From assembly GCA_937888785.1 (NCBI GenBank), contig CALASI010000172.1, forward strand, positions 1 through 42,727: a DNA stretch of 42,727 bases. The letters are read 5' to 3'. Source of the stretch: an uncultured Sphingobacteriales bacterium. Lineage in GTDB: Bacteria > Bacteroidota > Bacteroidia > Chitinophagales > Chitinophagaceae. Shown here in pieces: positions 29,419-37,103 of the stretch (within the stretch, counting starts at the first letter, position 1; each line of letters starts with the position of its first letter). A model generated the notes under the pieces. It was not told where the DNA came from. It did no database searches and worked only from the letters and a program-made list of their open reading frames with translations. The translations under genes were made by a program, and so were the position numbers.

Positions 29419-29426
29419 TATATTTG
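29419..29426 (+). promoter_or_regulatory. -7 promoter box for sRNA copy 2
   Basis: TATATTTG, at nearly the same distance from the repeat core as in copy 1. Confidence 0.7.
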
Positions 29427-29431
29427 TATCA

Positions 29432-29555
29432 GATTACAAAGAAAGCGAAGGAAAAAGTGAAAAAGGTAGTCTAACTAAATAGAAATAAGTTTTTTTCATA
29501 TGGCAAGCAATCGTTAGAGGTCAGTCCGTTTCTACGGAAGGACCTTTTTTCTTTT
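29432..29555 (+). ncRNA. Putative sRNA, copy 2 (~125 nt)
   Basis: Same layout as copy 1, with a diverged 5' half and an identical core and terminator. Ends are approximate. Confidence 0.7.
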
Positions 29556-29571
29556 CAGCCTGTTTGTATCC
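29487..29571 (+). repeat. Direct repeat copy 2
   Basis: See copy 1; offset 769 bp. Confidence 0.97.
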
Positions 29572-29576
29572 AACTT

Positions 29577-29974
29577 TTACTTTTTAATCCTAAAACTATA
29601 TTTGCCTGATCCAAGTTGCAGTATTGTGTAATTCTCTTCATTACTTAAAGGCGCTTCTAAGGCGGTTAACGGTTTACCGGATTCGGTAATTTTACTTGCA
29701 TTGGCAGAAGGTAAGAATACCGTGGCTTTTGTATTGGCGGGTATCTTTACATCCAAAATAATGTTATTGCCTTCAACTTTCCAGTCACTGCTAACCGTTC
29801 CATAATAGGTTTTAAGTGATGCGGACGCATAGGTAAAACCCTCGCCAATTTGCGGTTTTATTTTAATGTGCTTATATCCCGGGCCATCTTCGTAAGTATC
29901 AATTCCTACCATTTGTCGGTACATCCAATTGCCGATGGCGCCGTAGGCATAATGATTAAGTGAGTTCATACCGG
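29577..29974 (-). pseudogene. Orphan C-terminal fragment of a GH78 alpha-L-rhamnosidase
   Basis: GMNSLNHYAYGAIGNWMY...PGYKHIKIKP...LDVKIPANTKATVFLP...LGSGKYSF is the GH78 C-terminus. The rest of the gene is absent. Confidence 0.85.
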
Positions 29975-30065
29975 AAAAATCGTAAACATCAAGGCTGAAC
30001 CTAAAACCAAAGTACTTGAACTTGCCAAAAAATTAAAAATTCCGCACTAAATGGGACAAGTTGGG
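29973..30065 (+). mobile_element. Probable IS right-end remnant (IS1634/IS4-like)
   Basis: Short frame GKIVNIKAEPKTKVLELAKKLKIPH* followed directly by TGGGACAAGTTGGG, which resembles an IS1634-type terminus. Family call is from recollection. Confidence 0.4.
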
Positions 30066-30357
30066 AGAACAGTGTTACTGAACGCTTATTTATTTTACAG
30101 TCTCAATGAAGTGCGCCAGAGGTGCCAGGACTACAATTATGAATGGTCGCGTAAATCGTTAGGCTACTTATCACCCGTCAACTACTTACAAAAATGGGCG
30201 AAAGAAAATTTTGATACCAGTAGTAACACAGGGTTATCCACACCCGCAAGCGAAACATTAAAACAAATTGAAGCGAAGCGGGTCGTGGATAACCCGCTTA
30301 ACAAAAACAACACAAATCCTCTAATTTTGAACTGACCGAGTTATAAGTACGCTTACA
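30066..30357 (+). mobile_element. IS3-family 3' remnant
   Basis: LLNAYLFYSLNEVRQ...DYNYEWSRKSLGYLSP is a degenerate integrase-core C-terminus (YN..RPH.SLG..SP). It ends ...GTACGCTTACA at 30357, consistent with the IS3 terminal CA. Confidence 0.75.
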
Positions 30358-30360
30358 CTT

Positions 30361-31713
30361 GTGGCCAAAATTACTAAACCGGTAAACGTGATAAATATTC
30401 GAATACTAAAAAACACACTGTTAACGACCTTCTTTTCATTAATAATTTTTAATAGCGGTGCCCAGCGCCTGCTTTCAGATGTGATGGATACAACCGTGTT
30501 TGCAGACAAGCAAATTAAGATCATGTCTGATACATACGGTATGCTCGCCTTCACCGGTTATCTTCAGCCACAGTTTCAAGTGGCGCAGGAGAAAGGTGCC
30601 GATGCTGAGTATCAGGGAGGCGCGTTTGCAACCAACGCATCTAACCGGTTTCGCCTGAGAAGGGGGCGCTTGCGGGCTGATTATCTTTCTTTTCATAAAG
30701 ACGGCACACCTTCCACATTTTTTGTATTTCAGTTTGATGGTACGGAACAGGGCGTAAACATCAGGGATTTTTGGGGCAGGTATTATGAAAATAAATGGCA
30801 AATGTTCTCGGTAACTGCCGGTATGATGGCAAGGCCGTTCGGCTTTGAAGTACAACTTTCCTCGTCATCACGCGAAACGCCCGAGCGTGGCCGCATGTCA
30901 CAAATACTCATGAAAACAGAACGCGACCTTGGTGCAGAATTAACCTTCAACCCCAGAGCAAAAGATGCGGCATTAAAAAACCTGCAGCTCGAAATAGGCG
31001 TATTCAATGGCCAGGGTTTGGCAGGCCCGCGCGAATATGATAACCGGAAAGATGTTATCGCACATGCAAAACTAAAACAGGTAAAATTGGGAGCCGTGAA
31101 AATTGCCGGAGGTGTAAGCGGCTTATTTGGAGGCATTGCGAGTGAAACTACAAACCTTTATCGTACACAACAGGTAAGCGGTAGTTGGCTAATGATGAAG
31201 GATTCTGCTGCAGGGAATATCGGCAAAATCACACCCCGTCAATATTTGGGCGCTGATTTGCAGATTGAAACCACTTCAAAAGACTGGCAAACCGAACTGC
31301 GTGCAGAATATATTTTTGGAAAGCAAACAGCCACTGCCAATTCAAGCGCTACGCCAGGCTCTTACCCCGTTGAAGAAAATGTGAAACAACCGCTTTACAC
31401 AAGGCCTTTTAATGGCGCCTACTTTTACTTTTTACAAAATCTTTTTAACGAAAACAACCAGTTCATTGTAAAATATGACTGGTATGACCCTAACACAAAA
31501 GTAAAAGGAACCGGAGTGGCCAACGCAAATGGGTTTACTGAGGCTGATATACGATATAATACCTTAGGCTTAGGTTTTTTACGGCATATCAATAGTAACC
31601 TGAAATTGTTTTTTTGGTATGACCATATAAAGAACGAAGCCACGTCAATTACTGATTTTACTAAAGACGTAAATGATGATGTGTTTACTTTAAGGGCGCA
31701 GTTTATGTTTTAA
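30361..31713 (+). CDS. Outer-membrane porin, OprO/OprP-like (start uncertain)
   Basis: FTGYLQPQFQ, FRLRRGRL, PFGFE...SSSSRETPER, GVFNGQG, C-terminal TLRAQFMF beta signal. Confidence 0.75.
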   Translation: MAKITKPVNVINIRILKNTLLTTFFSLIIFNSGAQRLLSDVMDTTVFADKQIKIMSDTYGMLAFTGYLQPQFQVAQEKGADAEYQGGAFATNASNRFRLRRGRLRADYLSFHKDGTPSTFFVFQFDGTEQGVNIRDFWGRYYENKWQMFSVTAGMMARPFGFEVQLSSSSRETPERGRMSQILMKTERDLGAELTFNPRAKDAALKNLQLEIGVFNGQGLAGPREYDNRKDVIAHAKLKQVKLGAVKIAGGVSGLFGGIASETTNLYRTQQVSGSWLMMKDSAAGNIGKITPRQYLGADLQIETTSKDWQTELRAEYIFGKQTATANSSATPGSYPVEENVKQPLYTRPFNGAYFYFLQNLFNENNQFIVKYDWYDPNTKVKGTGVANANGFTEADIRYNTLGLGFLRHINSNLKLFFWYDHIKNEATSITDFTKDVNDDVFTLRAQFMF

Positions 31714-31820
31714 GAAAGGCGGTCATTTCTATTCGAGGGTTTGAAGAGCTTTCTATAAACCCCGCTAACCCGAAACTTATTGTTAAATCCTGCCTATCTT
31801 TAAACACAAAGTTTGTAAGC

Positions 31821-33188
31821 ATGAAGGGATTATTTTCAATTTTACTTTTTACCGCCATCAATTGTTTTGCGCAAAATGCCGATGAGGTTTTTATCAAAAA
31901 AATCTCCGACGAAATATTTACACATAGCAAAGCCTATGATAATTTAAGAGTGCTTACAAAAACCATCGGGCCGAGGCTGGCCGGATCGCCCAATATGTAC
32001 AAAGCCGAAGCCTGGGGTTACAATTTGCTGAAAGCTACCGGTAGTGAAAATACCTATAAGCAGGCGTGTATGGTGCCGCATTGGGTTCGGGGTGGAAAAG
32101 ATGAGGCCGTTGCCCTGCTACCCGGCAATAAAAGAAAAGTGCTGGATATTGTGGCTTTGGGAAATAGTGTAGGCACCGGAGGGAAACCGTTAACTGCACC
32201 CGTAATCGTTATCAATTCCTTTGAAGAGTTGGAAGCAAAAAAAGATGATGTAAAAGGAAAAATTGTTTTTTACAACTATAAATTCAATCCGCGTTTTGTT
32301 GAAACCTTTCAATCTTATGGTGATGCGGTAAAATACCGTGGGAGGCTTGGAACCTCTTCTGCTGCAAAGTACGGTGCCGTTGCAACGATTGTTAGAAGCA
32401 TGAGCCATGAAGCCGGCAACAATCCGCACACGGGTTCAACCTGGTATGACAGCGCTTATAAAAAAAATCCTGCTGTGGCAATTGGCTTGCGCGATGCAGA
32501 CTGGCTGGCAGATGAAATTGGAAAAAACAGATCACTGAAAATTCAACTTAAAACAAACGGTTATTTTTTGCCTGATGCCGAGGGTCATAATATTATTGGT
32601 GAATTAAAAGGAAGTGAATTTCCGAACGAATACATTACTGTTGGCGGCCATCTTGATAGTTGGGATAATTGTGAGGGCGCTCACGATGACGGCGCGGGCA
32701 TTACGCAAACCATTGAAATTTTAAGAACCTTTAAGGCACTGGGTTATAAACCCAAAAGAACCATTCGTTTTGTACTTTTTGCTAACGAAGAAAATGGCAC
32801 ACGCGGTGCAAAAAAATATGCTGATGAGGCCGAAGCAAAAAAGGAGAAACACATTTTTGCATTGGAAAGCGATGCCGGAGGATTCACACCGCGCGGTTTT
32901 CATTTTGATGTGGTACCCGAAGCTTTTTCTAAATTGAAAAACTGGGCGCCGATGTTTGAACCTTACGGTGGCGCAGGCTTTGTGAATGATGGTGAAGGCG
33001 GTGTAGACATTAGTTATTTAAAAAAACTGGGCACGCCTTTAAGCGGTTTGTCCCCCGACTCACAACGGTATTTCGATATTCATCATTCCCGTGCCGATGT
33101 TTTTGAAAGCGTGAACAAACGCGAACTGGAATTGGGCGCTATTAATATGGCTGCGCTGATTTATTTGGTTGATAAATATGGATTGTAG
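31821..33188 (+). CDS. M28 metallopeptidase (carboxypeptidase Q-like)
   Basis: GPRLAGS, GGHLDSWD, GAHDDGAG, FANEENG, ESDAG, YFDIHHS. Confidence 0.9.
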   Translation: MKGLFSILLFTAINCFAQNADEVFIKKISDEIFTHSKAYDNLRVLTKTIGPRLAGSPNMYKAEAWGYNLLKATGSENTYKQACMVPHWVRGGKDEAVALLPGNKRKVLDIVALGNSVGTGGKPLTAPVIVINSFEELEAKKDDVKGKIVFYNYKFNPRFVETFQSYGDAVKYRGRLGTSSAAKYGAVATIVRSMSHEAGNNPHTGSTWYDSAYKKNPAVAIGLRDADWLADEIGKNRSLKIQLKTNGYFLPDAEGHNIIGELKGSEFPNEYITVGGHLDSWDNCEGAHDDGAGITQTIEILRTFKALGYKPKRTIRFVLFANEENGTRGAKKYADEAEAKKEKHIFALESDAGGFTPRGFHFDVVPEAFSKLKNWAPMFEPYGGAGFVNDGEGGVDISYLKKLGTPLSGLSPDSQRYFDIHHSRADVFESVNKRELELGAINMAALIYLVDKYGL

Positions 33189-33219
33189 AGCCTTACTTTT
33201 GCAGGCGTAAACTAAATTA

Positions 33220-33906
33220 ATGGTCACAAAATTAATAGTAGATAAATCGGAAGGGCTTCAGGAAGTAGAAGAGAAAGCCCAGCAAAATTCGGCATTGAGA
33301 GCGGTAGCAAATTTTGTGTCCTATGTTTTTCACCCTGTGTTTGTACCGGTTTATGTGATTGCTTTTCTGTTGTTTGTTCAACCCTTTTTATTTGTGGGCT
33401 TTGAAGCAAGGCAGAAAATGCTGATCATCGTGCAATCCTTCCTGATGTTCACTTTTTTCCCGTTGATTTCTGTAGGCCTGCTGAAAGCTTTAAAATTTAT
33501 CAGCTCCGTTAAATTAAAGGAACGCAAAGACCGCATCATTCCGTTTATCATTTGCAATATCTGGTATTTCTGGATCTGGTACGTGTGGCGCAACCTGCCA
33601 CAAATACCGCACGATGCTGTAGTGTTTGCCATGAGCGTTTTTCTGGCGTCTTCAATTGGTTTGCTGTTTAATATTTATATGAAGATCAGCATGCACGCCA
33701 TTGCCATCGGCACGGCCATTGCTTTTTTAGTGGGGCTTTCTTTTCAATACGATATTAGTTTCGGGCTGTACCTTTCGGTAGCCTTTTTAATCGGCGGCGC
33801 TGTATGCACTTCCCGCTTAATACTGAACGATCATCAACCGGCCGAAATTTATTGGGGCCTGGCCACGGGAGTGATAGCTGTAATGCTGGCGAATATTATA
33901 GTCTGA
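33220..33906 (+). CDS. Multi-pass membrane protein (PAP2-superfamily-like)
   Basis: About six TM helices; SYVFHP, KISMHA, TSRLILNDH...EIYWG. Confidence 0.7.
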   Translation: MVTKLIVDKSEGLQEVEEKAQQNSALRAVANFVSYVFHPVFVPVYVIAFLLFVQPFLFVGFEARQKMLIIVQSFLMFTFFPLISVGLLKALKFISSVKLKERKDRIIPFIICNIWYFWIWYVWRNLPQIPHDAVVFAMSVFLASSIGLLFNIYMKISMHAIAIGTAIAFLVGLSFQYDISFGLYLSVAFLIGGAVCTSRLILNDHQPAEIYWGLATGVIAVMLANIIV

Positions 33907-33932
33907 CCCGTGATTTTTATGATTTGTTTGAT

Positions 33933-34175
33933 TTAAGGGTTGAAAAATTCAGTTGCATCTTTTGGGAAGGGCACTATTTCTTCCTCTTTAATTTCAAGCG
34001 ATTGAATATAATGCTGCACATCAGCCATCGTAAATGATTGTTTAAATTCATCGCGCAGTTCATCGTTTTTATTGGCGAAGCACACATTGCCTTCTTCCTG
34101 CTCAATAAATATGAGGCCGAGTTTTTGCTCGAGCTGCCGAATAAAATCTTCTAAATATTTATTGTTTTGTTGCAC
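33933..34175 (-). CDS. Small protein resembling part of the type ISP restriction-modification C-terminal region
   Basis: LEQKLGLIF...GNVCFAN...LRDEFKQSFT..D...YI...VPFPKDATEF recalls that region, with the middle missing. Confidence 0.45.
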   Translation of the reverse strand: MQQNNKYLEDFIRQLEQKLGLIFIEQEEGNVCFANKNDELRDEFKQSFTMADVQHYIQSLEIKEEEIVPFPKDATEFFNP

Positions 34176-34212
34176 GTCTTTTTTATTTGAATGAAGTTAG
34201 GCAATTGCAGGT

Positions 34213-34248
34213 AATCATAGCCCTCCGGTTAAACTGTGGGCTATGATT
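34213..34248. repeat. REP-like imperfect palindrome
   Basis: AATCATAGCCC-tccggttaaactgt-GGGCTATGATT, 11-bp perfect arms, no U tail, between divergent genes. Confidence 0.65.
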
Positions 34249-34288
34249 TAAACCATCGGCTAACATTTAATGATGTCGAAAATAAGCT

Positions 34289-34329
34289 CCAAAAAATTTA
34301 GTTTTATAATACTAAATATGTTAGCTTTG
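34289..34329 (+). promoter_or_regulatory. Tandem SOS boxes overlapping the recA promoter
   Basis: CCAA-AAAAT-TTAG at 34289-34301 and perfect CTAA-ATATG-TTAG at 34312-34324. The second box overlaps the -7 box TAGCTTTG (34322-34329). Confidence 0.82.
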
Positions 34330-34379
34330 CTGTTGATAATTAATTTAGAATGGATATTGGTAAATTGTAATTTTGGAGT

Positions 34380-35405
34380 ATGGCAAAAGCAGAAACTAAA
34401 GAAATGGATATGGGCAGCGAAAAATTGAAAGCCCTTAAACTTACCATGGAAAAACTGGATAAGGACTTTGGAAAGGGCAGTGTAATGATGATGAACGAAA
34501 AAGCATCAACAGCACACGAAGTTGTTTCAACAGGTTCTATCGGGCTGGACACAGCGCTTGGCATTGGCGGGCTTCCGCGGGGGAGGGGGATTGAAATTTA
34601 CGGGCCTGAATCGAGCGGTAAAACAACTGTGGCCACGCACGTAATTGCAGAGGCGCAAAAGAAAGGTGGCATGTGCGCCATCATTGACGCGGAGCACGCG
34701 TTTGACAGTGTGTATGCTCAAAAATTAGGCGTGAACGTTGATAACCTTTTAATCTCCCAGCCTGATTATGGTGAGCAGGCGCTTGAAATTGCCGACAGGC
34801 TGATCCTTTCCGGCGCGCTGGATGTGGTGGTGATTGACTCGGTGGCGGCGCTGGTTCCCAAGAGTGAACTGGAGGGCGAAATGGGCGACAGCAAAATGGG
34901 TTTGCATGCGAGGTTGATGAGCCAGGCGCTTCGTAAACTTACCGCAACAATTTCTAAAACCAACACAATTTGTATTTTCATTAACCAGTTGCGCGAAAAA
35001 ATTGGTGTAATGTTTGGCAACCCCGAAACCACAACGGGAGGCAACGCATTAAAATTCTACGCTTCGGTGAGGCTTGATATTCGCCGTTCTTCTCAAATAA
35101 AAGATGGCGACGAAGCCATTGGTAACCGCGTGAAAGTGAAAGTGGTAAAAAATAAAGTGGCGCCTCCTTTCAGGGCCGCGGAGTTTGATATTATTTTTGG
35201 CGAGGGCATTTCTAAAACCGGCGAGATCATTGATATGGGTGTTGATTTGGGCATTGTTCAAAAAAGCGGTTCATGGTATAGTTATAACAACGACAAACTT
35301 GGCCAGGGCCGTGATGCGGTGAAGAACCTGTTGATGGACAATCCTGAACTTTCAAACGAGATTGAGGGAAAAATCAGGGAAAAAATTAAGGAGATGCAGG
35401 GATAG
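34380..35405 (+). CDS. recA: Recombinase A
   Basis: [49 protein letters not shown]. Confidence 0.98.
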   Translation: MAKAETKEMDMGSEKLKALKLTMEKLDKDFGKGSVMMMNEKASTAHEVVSTGSIGLDTALGIGGLPRGRGIEIYGPESSGKTTVATHVIAEAQKKGGMCAIIDAEHAFDSVYAQKLGVNVDNLLISQPDYGEQALEIADRLILSGALDVVVIDSVAALVPKSELEGEMGDSKMGLHARLMSQALRKLTATISKTNTICIFINQLREKIGVMFGNPETTTGGNALKFYASVRLDIRRSSQIKDGDEAIGNRVKVKVVKNKVAPPFRAAEFDIIFGEGISKTGEIIDMGVDLGIVQKSGSWYSYNNDKLGQGRDAVKNLLMDNPELSNEIEGKIREKIKEMQG

Positions 35406-35453
35406 GAAAAATGTAGAATATAAAATATTGAAAACAAATTTTGGGTTAGTAAG

Positions 35454-35477
35454 CCGCTTCTTTTGAAGCGGGTTTTT
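35454..35477 (+). terminator. Intrinsic terminator after recA
   Basis: CCGCTTC-TTTT-GAAGCGG followed by GTTTTT. Confidence 0.75.
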
Positions 35478-35542
35478 AGGGTCTTCCTGAAAATCTGTAA
35501 TGTAGATAAAGGTTTCGTTGAAAAATAGTAGTAAGAAAATTG

Positions 35543-35968
35543 TCATTCTTCCATGTGGTAATGTTCTTTCAGAAGCTCCAAAAATACAGCCGGGTGAAGA
35601 GGCTTTTTTATTAGTTTGATGATATGCGGGTTAGCATCTGCTTTAGCAATATCGCCAAGATCGTCGGTTGAAGAAAGCAAAGTAGCCTTAATTGTTTTTC
35701 TAAGAGATTCAGGCAGCTGCGCAAACCGGTTTATGAATTCAAAGCCATCCATTTCGGGCATTTGAATATCGAGTAAAATTAACTGGGGAAGCTTTGCCGG
35801 ATTATTGATGTTATCGGTTATATAATCAAGCGCATCGCTCCCACTCGAAAAAATTAGTACGCTTTTAAAGGATTTAGTAAAACCAATCGTTCTTTCAACT
35901 ATTTTACGGTCAAAGCTGCTGTCGTCAACCAGCATTACTGTATCAGGTTTTGGCAGCTTTGTATGCAT
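35543..35968 (-). CDS. Single-domain response regulator (CheY-like)
   Basis: MLVDDS, LILLDIQMPEMDGFEF, LLSS, KKPL. Confidence 0.9.
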   Translation of the reverse strand: MHTKLPKPDTVMLVDDSSFDRKIVERTIGFTKSFKSVLIFSSGSDALDYITDNINNPAKLPQLILLDIQMPEMDGFEFINRFAQLPESLRKTIKATLLSSTDDLGDIAKADANPHIIKLIKKPLHPAVFLELLKEHYHMEE

Positions 35969-35974
35969 GATTTA

Positions 35975-37087
35975 TTAGTGAGGTTGTTGATGATTAGGGT
36001 TTTTGTTAGGAATCCTTATCGTAAAGATACTTCCTTCATCGATATCTGATTTAACATTAATGGTTCCTTCTATTTTATCAAGAGCCTCTTTAACAATAAA
36101 AAGGCCAAGGCCGGCACCAGGTTCGTGCTTTCCTTTGAAAAACTGTGTATATATTTTTGGTAGGTGTTCCTTGAAAATCCCCATTCCATTGTCAGCAATA
36201 ATTATTTGCGCATCAAGCGGCGTGACTTTGACAGAAACGTTGATTTGTTTATCAACAGATGAGGGCTTTTGATATTTAATTGCGTTTGAAATCAAATTTC
36301 CGAGTATGATTTCTATTCTAAAAGAGTCTCCCCAAAAATCAATCGATTGATTTACATTTAATGAAAAAGCAATTTGATTAGTTACGTTATTAGCTTGTTT
36401 GTGTAATGCGATCAATTCGTTTATAAGAGTTTTGAAGTCAACTTTTTCATTTAGGGTTTGGTACCGGTGGTTCTTATAGTATTGCAGGGTTTTGTTGATG
36501 TTGTATTCAAGTTTGTCACAACAGCCTTCTATCAAAGCCCAATATTCTCCCAAATGCGACTGAGGGTCAATAAGGTTTTCCAGCTTCACCAGTTGTATTA
36601 CACCCAAAGCAGAAGCGAGCGGCGCGCGAAGCTCATGAGAAATACTGTAAATGAAACGGGTTAGTTCGTCATTTGTTTTTTGTAACTCGTCTACCTTTTC
36701 TTTCAGGGCTATTTTACCTGTATAACTATTATGAGCATTGATAATACAATTATTCAGCTCCAGTTCATTCCAGGGTTTGGTAAGATACCTGTAAATATGC
36801 CCTTCATTTACTGCTTCACCTAAAGCATCAATATCAGTATAGCCCGTTAGCAATACACGAATAGGATCGGGGTACGAGTTTTTGATTGACTTGAAAAATT
36901 CAACGCCTGTCATTTCAGGCATACGTTGATCCGATATGATAATGTGAATATCAGTTTGGCTTAAAATATTTTTGGCTTCGGTACCGGAATTAGCCGTATA
37001 AATTTCATACTGCCTTCTAAAAGATGCCTTAAAAGATTTGAGGTTATGTTCCTCATCATCAATGTACAGTATTTTTATTGGGTTCAT
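35975..37087 (-). CDS. Cytoplasmic hybrid kinase: REC + HisKA + HATPase
   Basis: LYIDDE, ISDQRMP, SHELRAPL, NLISNAIKY, DNGMGI, GAGLGL. Confidence 0.92.
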   Translation of the reverse strand: MNPIKILYIDDEEHNLKSFKASFRRQYEIYTANSGTEAKNILSQTDIHIIISDQRMPEMTGVEFFKSIKNSYPDPIRVLLTGYTDIDALGEAVNEGHIYRYLTKPWNELELNNCIINAHNSYTGKIALKEKVDELQKTNDELTRFIYSISHELRAPLASALGVIQLVKLENLIDPQSHLGEYWALIEGCCDKLEYNINKTLQYYKNHRYQTLNEKVDFKTLINELIALHKQANNVTNQIAFSLNVNQSIDFWGDSFRIEIILGNLISNAIKYQKPSSVDKQINVSVKVTPLDAQIIIADNGMGIFKEHLPKIYTQFFKGKHEPGAGLGLFIVKEALDKIEGTINVKSDIDEGSIFTIRIPNKNPNHQQPH

Positions 37088-37103
37088 AACTACGGTTTAT
37101 TGA

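Noticed and set aside
29434-29499. Minus-strand hydrophobic peptide MKKTYFYLVRLPFSLFPSLSL as a type I toxin
   Set aside because: The equivalent frame in copy 1 stops after MKKT, and promoter and terminator orientation favour the plus strand. The hydrophobicity follows from the purine-rich plus strand. Not fully excluded.
28718-29571. Repeats read as a CRISPR array
   Set aside because: Only two long copies 769 bp apart plus irregular partial copies; no regular spacers and no cas genes.
30051-30335. 94-aa ORF as a real gene
   Set aside because: Its start lies in a probable IS terminus and the body is a decayed IS3 C-terminus.
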